From: an uncultured Planctomycetaceae bacterium
GTDB lineage: Bacteria > Planctomycetota > Planctomycetia > Isosphaerales > Isosphaeraceae
Reading direction: 5' to 3'
Assembly: GCA_963833985.1 (NCBI GenBank)
Contig: CAWIAD010000002.1
Span: 6,432,001 to 6,496,000 of the forward strand
DNA length: 64,000 nucleotides
Shown here: positions 12,573 through 21,265 of the stretch, in pieces
How the letters are laid out: the number at the start of each line of letters is the position of its first letter
Position numbering within the stretch: position 1 is the first letter of the stretch
Notes under the pieces: generated by a model
Databases searched by the model: none
What the model saw: only the letters and a program-made list of their open reading frames with translations
What the model was told of the DNA's origin: nothing
Position numbers and translations under genes: made by a program

Positions 12573-13544
12573 TCACTGCCCGGTCAACCGGGGCGTGTTA
12601 AGGCGCCGGCCAATTTCCTTGTCGTACCAGGCTATCGTCTCGCTGAGGCCGTCGCGCAGGCTCGTCGTCGCCTCAAAACCGAATGCTTTCTTCGCCCGGG
12701 TCGTGTCGAGACAGCGGCGCGGCTGGCCGTCCGGCTTGGACGTGTCCCAGCGGATGGTTCCCTTGAAGTCACACAGCGCACAGATCGTCTCGGCCAGTTC
12801 ACCGATGGACACTTCGACTCCCGAGCCAATGTTCACCGGATCCGGGTCGTTGTAGAATTCGGTGGCCAGGGCGATGCCCCGGGCTGCGTCGGCGACGTAG
12901 AGGAACTCGCGCGACGCCCTGCCTGTTCCCCAGACGTCGATGAGTTCCTGGCCGGCATCGCGCACCGTGATCGCCTTGCGCACCAGAGCCGGGATAACAT
13001 GGCTCGTGTCTGCGTCGAAGTTGTCGCGCGGACCGTAGAGGTTGACCGGCAGCAAGGTGATTGCGTTGAGATCGTACTGCTTGCGGTAAGCCTGAGCCTG
13101 CACCATGAGCATCTTCTTTGCCAGGCCATAAGGTGCGTTGGTCTCCTCGGGGTAGCCCATCCAGAGGTCGTCTTCCTTGAAGGGCACCGGGGTGTGCTTG
13201 GGGTAGGAGCAAATGCTGCCTATGCCGACGAATTTCGCAACTCCATGGAGCCGGGCCTCTTCCATGAGCTGGATGCCCATGATGGCGTTGTCGTAGAAGT
13301 AGAGGCCGGGGTTGACCATGTTGGCGCCAATGCCGCCGACAACCGCGGCCAGGTGGATGACGATGTCGGGCTGGGCGACCTGAAAGAGGCGGCGGATTGC
13401 GGTTCGGTGGCGGAGGTCGTACTCGATGCTGCGGGGAATGAAGACGTTGGCCGGCTCGTAGCTTTTCAGCTCGTGGCAGAGCGCCTGTCCGAGAAAGCCG
13501 GCCCCGCCGGTGACAACGAGGCGACGCCCCTTGATGAAACTCAT
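12573..13544 (-). CDS. fcl: GDP-L-fucose synthase
   Basis: [61 protein letters not shown] and KPDGQPRR motifs. Confidence 0.93.
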   Translation of the reverse strand: MSFIKGRRLVVTGGAGFLGQALCHELKSYEPANVFIPRSIEYDLRHRTAIRRLFQVAQPDIVIHLAAVVGGIGANMVNPGLYFYDNAIMGIQLMEEARLHGVAKFVGIGSICSYPKHTPVPFKEDDLWMGYPEETNAPYGLAKKMLMVQAQAYRKQYDLNAITLLPVNLYGPRDNFDADTSHVIPALVRKAITVRDAGQELIDVWGTGRASREFLYVADAARGIALATEFYNDPDPVNIGSGVEVSIGELAETICALCDFKGTIRWDTSKPDGQPRRCLDTTRAKKAFGFEATTSLRDGLSETIAWYDKEIGRRLNTPRLTGQ

Positions 13545-13974
13545 GCGTCGATTCCTGAACCAGGAGCGCGAATCAGAGCGCGACGGTGTGTCGGTTGAGG
13601 AGGGGTGGAGGGGAAAGCGTCCCCTTGCGAGATTATACTCCAAATGTAGAACAGAACAGAAGAGAACTCCAAGATCCATTCAGTAGCGATAGAGACGAGC
13701 CTGGCGAGAGCATTATCCACAACTTGGTCCCGTTCTGTCTCGCGGTTCCGTTGCGCTTTCGAGTTTTCGAAATTCTTGGCCTGACTTTTGCCGTCCGGCG
13801 GGCTTCATGCCTTGAGTGTGGATTTATTTCCGATTCTTCGTTCCATTCATTCTTCGGCGACTCTGTGGTCTGGCTCGTCCTGCCCGAGGGAGTCAGGGGC
13901 TTTGGTGCTTCAGGCGGCTCCGGGTATACTAGGGTTCCCATGAACCACCTCGAAGGACCCCTGGCCTGGCTTCC

Positions 13975-15351
13975 ATGAATCTCCCACCGATTGCTCGCGT
14001 CCGCCGCCAGTTTGATCAGCCCGAGGTTGCCGACGTCGCCGCCGAGATCACCCGCGCCGTTCGCTCCAGCCACCTGGCAACGCGCGTGCTTGCCGGCGGG
14101 CGGGTTGCCATCACGGTGGGTAGCCGGGGCATTGCCGGGGTGGCCGCCATCGTGCGGGCCACGGTGGATGCCGTGCGCGGCCTGGGCTTCCAGCCGTTCG
14201 TCGTGGCGGCCATGGGCTCGCACGGCGGCGGCACGGCGGAAGGCCAGCGCGCGCTGCTGGCCGAGTTCGGCGTGGATGAGCGCTCGGCCGGGTGCCCGGT
14301 GCGCTGCGAGATGGAAACCGTGGTCCTGGGTACGAACTCGTTCGGGCTGCCCATCCATTTCGACCAGAACGCCTTCGACGCCGACGGCATCATCCTCCTG
14401 AACCGGATCAAGCCGCACACCTCGTTCACTGGCTCATACGAGAGCGGCCTGCTGAAGATGCTCACCATCGGCCTGGGCAAGCGCGAGGGTGCCGCGCAAG
14501 TGCACAAGCTGGGGCTGCCCGGCCTCAAGACCATGCTTCCGAAGGTCGGCGCGTTCCTGCTCCGGCGCACGCCGGTGGCCTTGGGGATCGGCATCCTGGA
14601 GAATGCGTCCGAGCACACCGCGCGGATCGTCGCCGTCGAGCCCGAGGAGTTGCTGGAGGTCGAGCCTCATTTGCTTGACGAGGCGCGCGCGCTCATGGGA
14701 CGGCTGCCGTTCGACCAGATTGACGTTCTGATCGTGGGCGAGCTTGGCAAGAACTACAGCGGAACCGGGCTGGACCCGAACGTGATCGGCCGGCAGCGGG
14801 TGGAAACCATGCCCGATCTTCCCCGGCCCGTGATCACGCGCCTCGCGGTGCTCGATCTCTCGGCCGAGACCCGCGGCAATGCGCTGGGCGTGGGGCTGGC
14901 CGATCTGACCACTCAGCGTGTCGTCGACGCGATTGATCCGGTGCCCATGCGGGTCAACAGCCTGACCAGCAATTTCCTGACCCGGGCGCGCGTGCCGCTG
15001 GCGCTGGCGACCGACCGCGACGTGATCACATCCTGCCTGGAGACCTGCTGGCGGATCGACCCTGCCGAGGCCCGGCTGGTGATCGTGCCGAATACGCTGG
15101 AGCTCACCACGCTCTGGGTCACACAGCCGCTGGCCGCCGAGGTGGAGGCGCACCCCGAGCTGACTTTCGAGACCGATTTTCGTCCCCTTCCCCTGAACGC
15201 ATCGGGAACGCTCGAGCAGGAGCAGCTCTTCCCGGACAGCGTGCGCGGCCGCCGGCAGCGCCCGTCCCGCGGCGCGGTCAACGGCATGGCCGCCGATCGG
15301 CCGGGCATCATCGAGGCGCGGACCGCGGAGCGCGTGCCGTACCCCTGGTAG
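13975..15351 (+). CDS. Lactate-racemase (LarA-like/DUF2088) domain protein
   Basis: GSRGIA, AMGSHGG, NRIKPHTSF, ESGLLKM and GKNYSGTGLDPNVIGR motifs. Confidence 0.75.
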   Translation: MNLPPIARVRRQFDQPEVADVAAEITRAVRSSHLATRVLAGGRVAITVGSRGIAGVAAIVRATVDAVRGLGFQPFVVAAMGSHGGGTAEGQRALLAEFGVDERSAGCPVRCEMETVVLGTNSFGLPIHFDQNAFDADGIILLNRIKPHTSFTGSYESGLLKMLTIGLGKREGAAQVHKLGLPGLKTMLPKVGAFLLRRTPVALGIGILENASEHTARIVAVEPEELLEVEPHLLDEARALMGRLPFDQIDVLIVGELGKNYSGTGLDPNVIGRQRVETMPDLPRPVITRLAVLDLSAETRGNALGVGLADLTTQRVVDAIDPVPMRVNSLTSNFLTRARVPLALATDRDVITSCLETCWRIDPAEARLVIVPNTLELTTLWVTQPLAAEVEAHPELTFETDFRPLPLNASGTLEQEQLFPDSVRGRRQRPSRGAVNGMAADRPGIIEARTAERVPYPW

Positions 15352-15355
15352 CGAG

Positions 15356-16057
15356 GTGCTCAAGTTGGCGATTTCCGAGACGATTGCCGCCGTGGTCTTC
15401 GACCTCGACGGACTGATGTTCGACACCGAGGCCCTGTTCTTCCGGGTCTCTTCCGACATGCTGGAGGCGCGGGGCCGGAGCTTCACGCCGCAGATCATGC
15501 GCGCCATGATCGGCCGGCGCTCGGTCGACGCCGCTCACGTGCTCAAGACCATGACCGGGCTCGACGAGCCGCTCGAGGTCCTGCTCGCGGACGTCCGGCA
15601 GCGGTTCAACGCCGAGATCGACACCGCCGTGCACCCCACGCCGGGGCTGATCCGCCTGCTCGACCGCCTGCACCAGCACCGCCTGCCGTTGGCCGTGGCC
15701 ACCTCGTCGCGGCGGGCCTACGCCGAGCAGCTACTGGCGCGGCACCGTCTGCTCGAGCGGTTCTCGTTCATCCTGGGCGCCGAGGACGTGACCCGTGGCA
15801 AGCCCGACCCGGAGATCTACGCCACCGCCGTGCAGCGGTTCGGCGTTCCCGCACGTACAGTCCTGGTGCTGGAAGATAGCCCGGCGGGTGTGGAGGCTGG
15901 CGTGCAGGCCGGCACGGTGGTCGCTGCCATTCCGCACGAGCACAGCCCGGAGACTGGCCTGCACGCCGCGCACCTGGTCGTCCCGCGCCTGGACGACCCG
16001 GCGATCTTGCGGCTGTTCGAGCCACGCATCTCCGATGTGGGCAGGGCCTCGTCATGA
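15356..16057 (+). CDS. HAD-family phosphatase
   Basis: FDLDGLMFDTE, ATSS, KPDPEIY and LEDSPAG motifs. Confidence 0.92.
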   Translation: MLKLAISETIAAVVFDLDGLMFDTEALFFRVSSDMLEARGRSFTPQIMRAMIGRRSVDAAHVLKTMTGLDEPLEVLLADVRQRFNAEIDTAVHPTPGLIRLLDRLHQHRLPLAVATSSRRAYAEQLLARHRLLERFSFILGAEDVTRGKPDPEIYATAVQRFGVPARTVLVLEDSPAGVEAGVQAGTVVAAIPHEHSPETGLHAAHLVVPRLDDPAILRLFEPRISDVGRASS

Positions 16058-16779
16058 CATCGACCGGGCCGCAGCCGCTGGAGCCGCAGATCCGGCCTTC
16101 TGAACAGGGCCGCATTGATGCCGGATGGCGGGCGATGGTGCCCTACCTGGCTCCCATGCTGGTGTTCCTGGTCCTGACCAGCCTGGAACGCTACGTGCCC
16201 GCCCCGACGTGGTATCCGCTCGCCTATAGCCTGAAGATCGTTCTGGTCACCCTGGCCGCCTGGGCAAGCCGTTCCACATGGTCCGACCTGCGTCCTGTTC
16301 CGCCGTTTGGAATGCTGCTGGCCGGTGTTGTGACCGGGTTGATCGTCTTTGTGCTCTGGGTCGGGCTTGAAGGCTGGTATCCGGAGCTTGGCTTCCTGGG
16401 CAAGCGCACCGGATTTGATCCCTCGACGTTGAGCCCGCGCTGGAAGTGGCCGTTCCTCGCGGTCCGCATGGCGGGCCTGGTGCTACTGGTCCCGCTCATC
16501 GAGGAGCTGTTCTGGCGGTCGTTCTTGATGCGCTGGGTGATCGATTCGGATTTCTGGAAGGTGCCTGTCGGCCAGGTGACGCCGCTGGCCGCGGGGGTCA
16601 CTTCGGTGGCCTTCGCGCTCTCGCACCCCGAATGGCTTCCCGCGCTGCTGACCGGCCTGCTCTGGGCGTGGCTGCTCTGGCAAACGCGCTCTCTGCTGGC
16701 GTGCCTGCTGAGCCACGCCGTGGCCAACCTGGCGCTCGGTATGTATGTGCTGGCTACGGGAGCGTGGAAATACTGGTGA
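16054..16779 (+). CDS. CAAX prenyl protease-related membrane protein (type associated with PEP-CTERM/exosortase loci)
   Basis: VPLIEELFWRSFL, FALSH and HAVANL motifs; ATGA overlap with the HAD gene. Confidence 0.85.
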   Translation: MTSTGPQPLEPQIRPSEQGRIDAGWRAMVPYLAPMLVFLVLTSLERYVPAPTWYPLAYSLKIVLVTLAAWASRSTWSDLRPVPPFGMLLAGVVTGLIVFVLWVGLEGWYPELGFLGKRTGFDPSTLSPRWKWPFLAVRMAGLVLLVPLIEELFWRSFLMRWVIDSDFWKVPVGQVTPLAAGVTSVAFALSHPEWLPALLTGLLWAWLLWQTRSLLACLLSHAVANLALGMYVLATGAWKYW

Positions 16780-16860
16780 GGAGCACATCGCAGCAGCGGT
16801 GGGCCTGAAGCAACGTCTGCTGGAAGGGTCCGTTGCTCGGGACTGGCGCGGATCGGCCCC

Positions 16861-17313
16861 TCATGGATGCTGCCATTGCCCGGGCGCGGACGAGCCGGCT
16901 CCCGCATCGAGACGACGTATCAAGCTCTTGAATTGCTCCGCGGAGCTTGTCGCCTGAAATGCCAGCCCCGCCTCATACATCCCGCTCGTGGTCGGCTTGA
17001 CCCGCAGGATCTTCATGGCGTACCAGCGCGTCTGCACGGGCTTGACAAGCTGGACCAGGACATCCTCGTGACCTGGCATTTCGTGCAGGGCGATCAACGC
17101 ACCTCCCTGGCTGAGATTCAGGATCCGTGCGTCGATCTTGTGAATCGTCTCGCCAGCCCACCAGCCCATGAAAGCCTCGTTCGGCGCAGTGGGATAGCGA
17201 GGGTGCGCGCGGCGATCCACGCGGGCGATGGGTGAACCATCGCCAGTGACTGATTCCACTTCCGGGGGATCGAGTGAATTCGAGACCTTGAACGAGTGGT
17301 TCGAGATGAACAT
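16861..17313 (-). CDS. PilZ-domain (c-di-GMP-binding) protein
   Basis: RRAHPR (RxxxR) and NLSQGG (D/NxSxxG) motifs. Confidence 0.75.
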   Translation of the reverse strand: MFISNHSFKVSNSLDPPEVESVTGDGSPIARVDRRAHPRYPTAPNEAFMGWWAGETIHKIDARILNLSQGGALIALHEMPGHEDVLVQLVKPVQTRWYAMKILRVKPTTSGMYEAGLAFQATSSAEQFKSLIRRLDAGAGSSAPGQWQHP

Positions 17314-17381
17314 GACCTTGCCGCTCCTGAGGTGTCAGTGACGGAAACCGCGGCCAGCCGAAGCCGAGGGACTCCGTAAGC

Positions 17382-17409
17382 TCCGGCCTCGTGGGTCCGG
17401 CCTCGTGGG
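17382..17409. repeat. Tandem 14-bp direct repeat
   Basis: TCCGGCCTCGTGGG occurs twice in tandem, at 17382-17395 and 17396-17409. Confidence 0.9.
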
Positions 17410-17951
17410 ACAAGATTCCAGTGCGCCGTGGAAAGGTGTTGGTCTTCAGTGGGTGTAACTCCCACCCGGCAACTGGGTCGCTCCAGCCGGTAGCTATCGG
17501 AGCGGCGGTGGAGGAGACGAAACCGTCGGAGCCTTCGAGACAGATGTGTCGCTTGGCGATGCAGCGAACCGACAGGCCGTAACGCGAGTGAACGTTGAGC
17601 AGGCCTCGAAAAGTCCAATGTGGTCGCCGACCTTGCTGGAATATGGGGAAGGCCGCCGTCGCTGGGGATGAAAGGGAAACGGTTGGAATAGGCCGCCCCA
17701 CGAGCGATCAGAACCCAGCGGGCCACCGGGGTATTGACGACGGCATGTCGGCACACGGAGATCAACACAACACGGGAAACCCCAAGCGGTGAGGGCGCGT
17801 GACCCTCAACCGGACGCCCGCGAGGGACCGGCCGGGCTGCCTGGGGTGGCGGAGAGGCCCGTAGTACCGTCGACGCCGGGTAACTCCGGTCGAGGGAAGG
17901 GGCCTTGGTTCAAGGTCAACGCAACAAGCGGCAGACAGCCGGGAGATTGGC

Positions 17952-18650
17952 GTGAGTCTATCACCTCCACTGAAGGTCGGGAAGTTGCAGACGGCGTTGC
18001 ACACCAAAGCGAAGAACGCGCCCAACTATCGGTTCTACGTCCTGTACGACAAGATTTATCGACGTGACGTTCTGGGATTCGCCTACGAACGCTGCCGTGC
18101 CAACGGCGGCGCGCCGGGGATCGACGGCCAGAGTTTCGCCGACATCGAGGCGTCCGGGAAGGAACGATGGCTGGACGAACTGGCGGAACAACTTCGTAAG
18201 GAGACGTATCAACCCCAGGCGGTGCGGCGCGTGTACATCCCCAAAGGGGACGGCAAGCAAAGGCCGCTGGGCATTCCTTGCATCAAGGATCGTGTGGTGC
18301 AGATGGCTGCGGTGCTGGTCTTGGAGCCGATCTTCGAGGCCGACCTGGAGCCGGAACAACACGCCTACCGCCCGGAGCGCAGCGCCCTGGACGCCGTCCG
18401 CGAAGTCGAACGGCTGCTCAAGACGGGGCACACCGAGGTGGTGGACGCGGACTTATCTGGATATTTCGATAGCATACCCCATTCCGAGTTAATGAAATCG
18501 GCGTCACGGCGCATCAGCGACGGTCGCGTCCTGCGGCTGATCAAGATGTGGCTGGAAACACCGGTGGAAGAAACCGACGGGAAGGGGCAGCGCCATCGAA
18601 CGACCCGGAATAAAGACCAGGGGATGGGTACACCGCAAGGTGCACCGATC
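17952..18650 (+). CDS. ltrA: Group II intron RT/maturase, N-terminal part (interrupted)
   Basis: GAPGIDG, RRVYIPK, RPLGIPCIKDRVVQ, DADLSGYFDSIPH and GTPQGAPI; then runs into the insert and stops at 18683. Confidence 0.93.
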
Positions 18651-20665
18651 ACGCCCCCAACAATGTTGCAAAATCGTCCCTGATTCCTGACTCTGTCATT
18701 TCCAGATCGCGGCTTCGACCGAAGTACGGGCACGGATGGCAGCCCCGACTCGATCCCGATCCAAGGCAGGCTGGCGGCCGCGCTCTCGGAGAGGAGGAGT
18801 CGACATGATCACGTCCCCACGGAGGCCCACGTTCAGTCCTCCTGTCACCCGCCACTTCGAGTTCACTCGGCTTCAGGAGCAATTGATCGCGCGTGCATAT
18901 CAGGTCTTGATCCCGGTCGTTTCGCAGCGCCTGGATCGGCCGCGACCCAGCCGCAACCACGCGACTGTGGTCCACACTATCCAGTCCAAGGTCGGGGGGG
19001 TTTGACAAACCATGATCACGGACAATCTCCGCGTGGCGCTCTACGCCCGGGTTTCGGGGGAGCAGCAGGAGAAGGAGGACACGATCGCCAGCCAGCTCGA
19101 GGCGGTCACTCAGCGGATCGCCACTGATGGCTTGGAATGCGAGCCCGAACTGCACTTCGTGGACGACGGCGTCAGCGGTTACATCCTGGCCCGACCGGCA
19201 CTCGAGCGACTTCGGGACCAAGCCGCCGCTGGAGCCATCGACCGCCTCTATATGCTCGATCCGGATCGACTTTCACGCAAGTATGCCTATCAGGTCTTGA
19301 TCCTTGAGGAACTTATCCGGTGCGGTGTCGAGGTCGTCTTCTTGCGCAACCCCGTCGGCCGCAGTCCGGAAGCCGACCTGCTGCTTCAGGTCCAGGGAAT
19401 GATCGCGGAATACGAGCGCGCCAAGATCATGGAGCGTTGCCGCAGGGGCAAGCAACACGCCGCCCGCCGCGGTTCGGTCAACGTCCTCAGCGGCGCACCG
19501 TACGGCTACCGTTACATCGGCAAGCACGAGGGAGGTGGCGAGGCGCGTTATCAGGTCCTCGCTGAAGAGTCCCGGGTCGTGCGGAAGATCTTCGAATGGG
19601 TGGGTCAGGAACGGTGCTCGATCGGCGAGGTGTGCCGACGCCTCCGGCGCGACAGTATCCCGACGCGGACCGGGAAATCGGCCTGGGATCGCGCGACGGT
19701 CTGGTTGATCCTCAAGAACCCTGCCTACAAGGGGACCGCGGCCTTCGGCAAGACGCGCTCAGGTGAGTTCAAACCTCAACGCCTCCGCCCGCAGCGAGGC
19801 CGCCCCGAACACTCCCGGCGACCGGTCTCACGGGTTGATACATCCTCGGAAGATCAAATCTTCATTGAAGTCCCCGGGCTGGTGAGCGAAGACCTCTTCC
19901 TGGCTGTCCAGGCCCAGCTTGAAGAGAACCGGCAACGCCGTCGCGACCGGCCCGGCGGTGGCCGATATCTGCTCCAGGGCCTGGTCGTCTGCAAGCGCTG
20001 CGGCTACGGCTGCTACGGCAAGCCGACGAGCCGAGCCGCGTTCGAGGGCAAGGGTAGGGTCCGCTACGCGTACTACCGTTGCACGGGCTCTGACGCCTAT
20101 CGTTTCGGCGGGCAGCGCCTCTGCTGGAACAAGCAGATCCGCACCGATATCCTTGACGCTGCCGTCTGGGAGGACTTACGAGGTCTCCTGTCCGAGCCGG
20201 AGCGGGTCCGGGAGGAGTACGAGCGGCGGCTGCAGGGTGCCCAGGGCGGGCCGAATCAGGAGGTGGAGCATCTCGGCAAATTGATAAATAATGTGAAAAA
20301 GATGATTTCTCGATTAATCGATGCTTACGGCGACGGGTTGCTCGACAAATCGGAGTTCGAGCCCCGGATCTCGGCGGCAAGGACGCGCCTCTCGAGATTG
20401 GCGGAGGAGCATCGACAACGAATCGGCGAGGCCGCCCAAGAGGCGGAATTGCGACTGGTGATCGGTCAGTTGGAGGAGTTCGCACGTCGCGTCTCGCAAG
20501 GGTTGCAAGAGCCGGACTGGGCCACGCGACGGGAGGTGGTTCGGGCCTTGGTGAAGAAGGTCGAGATCGACGAGCAGGAGGTCCGCATCGTGTATCGGGT
20601 CAGTCCGTCCCCTTTTGAGAAAGGCCCCCAACAACGTAGTTCGCAACATTGTTGGGGGCGTGATC
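18647..20665 (+). mobile_element. Large serine recombinase integrative element inserted in the RT gene
   Basis: Perfect 23-bp inverted ends GATCACGCCCCCAACAATGTTGC (18647-18669) and GCAACATTGTTGGGGGCGTGATC (20643-20665); GATC present at both junctions; removal restores the RT frame. Confidence 0.92.
18805..19005 (+). CDS. Small hypothetical protein (66 aa) of the recombinase element
   Basis: Strong Shine-Dalgarno GAGGAGGAG before ATG 18805; its stop is 6 nt before the recombinase start. Confidence 0.65.
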   Translation: MITSPRRPTFSPPVTRHFEFTRLQEQLIARAYQVLIPVVSQRLDRPRPSRNHATVVHTIQSKVGGV

Positions 20666-20886
20666 TCACCATTGTTGTCCAACATCTACATGCGACGATT
20701 TGTGAAGGGATGGAAGACTGGTGGACACGAGCGGCGTCTGGTCGCGCGAATCGTCAACTATGCGGACGACTTCGTCATCTGCTGTCGCGGCACGGCCGAA
20801 GAGGCCATGACGGTGATGCGGAAGATGATGTCCAGGCTGAAGTTAACGGTGAACGAGACCAAGACGCGGCTGTGCCACCTGCCTGA
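19012..20886 (+). CDS. Large serine recombinase (resolvase, recombinase and zinc-ribbon domains)
   Basis: YARVS catalytic Ser, DDGVSG, RPAL, DRLSR, PYGY, CKRCG...YYRC and a coiled coil; the ORF reads through the right end into an alternate frame of the RT sequence. Confidence 0.95.
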   Translation: MITDNLRVALYARVSGEQQEKEDTIASQLEAVTQRIATDGLECEPELHFVDDGVSGYILARPALERLRDQAAAGAIDRLYMLDPDRLSRKYAYQVLILEELIRCGVEVVFLRNPVGRSPEADLLLQVQGMIAEYERAKIMERCRRGKQHAARRGSVNVLSGAPYGYRYIGKHEGGGEARYQVLAEESRVVRKIFEWVGQERCSIGEVCRRLRRDSIPTRTGKSAWDRATVWLILKNPAYKGTAAFGKTRSGEFKPQRLRPQRGRPEHSRRPVSRVDTSSEDQIFIEVPGLVSEDLFLAVQAQLEENRQRRRDRPGGGRYLLQGLVVCKRCGYGCYGKPTSRAAFEGKGRVRYAYYRCTGSDAYRFGGQRLCWNKQIRTDILDAAVWEDLRGLLSEPERVREEYERRLQGAQGGPNQEVEHLGKLINNVKKMISRLIDAYGDGLLDKSEFEPRISAARTRLSRLAEEHRQRIGEAAQEAELRLVIGQLEEFARRVSQGLQEPDWATRREVVRALVKKVEIDEQEVRIVYRVSPSPFEKGPQQRSSQHCWGRDLTIVVQHLHATICEGMEDWWTRAASGRANRQLCGRLRHLLSRHGRRGHDGDAEDDVQAEVNGERDQDAAVPPA

Positions 20887-21265
20887 GGAGACGTTCGACT
20901 TTCTGGGTTATACCCTCGGCCGGAACTACGACCGACGAACGGGCCGATCCTACATAGGGTCACGCCCATCGCGGAAGAAGATCATTCGGCTGTGCAGCGA
21001 GATCAGTGCGATGACGACGCGCCAGACCACTGGACAGGACGTCGAGATGCAGATTGGTCGGATCAATCGCAAGTTACGCGGTTGGTCCAACTATTTTCGC
21101 ATCGGAACGGTGAGCCCAGCCTATCGCCAAGTCAACCACCACGTCCGCTACCGGGTACGTCAGTGGTTGTGTGCGAAGTTCAAGGTGCCGGGTCAGGGGC
21201 TCAGACGCTACCCTGACAGATACCTGCACCAGGAGTTGCATCTTTACCAGCTGCAACGAACCTAG
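20666..21265 (+). CDS. ltrA: Group II intron RT/maturase, C-terminal part
   Basis: SPLLSNIY, NYADDFVI, LTVNETKT, FDFLGY and maturase-X-like LRGWSNYF. Confidence 0.93.
   Translation, partial: SPLLSNIYMRRFVKGWKTGGHERRLVARIVNYADDFVICCRGTAEEAMTVMRKMMSRLKLTVNETKTRLCHLPEETFDFLGYTLGRNYDRRTGRSYIGSRPSRKKIIRLCSEISAMTTRQTTGQDVEMQIGRINRKLRGWSNYFRIGTVSPAYRQVNHHVRYRVRQWLCAKFKVPGQGLRRYPDRYLHQELHLYQLQRT

Noticed and set aside
18647..20665. Insert as IS607 or a DDE insertion sequence
   Set aside because: The enzyme is a large serine recombinase with recombinase and zinc-ribbon domains; no TnpB, N-terminal HTH or DDE motif.
17952..21265. RT as retron, DGR or CRISPR-associated RT
   Set aside because: Clear group II intron 5' end, domains V/VI and maturase-X region; no TR/VR pair or cas genes.
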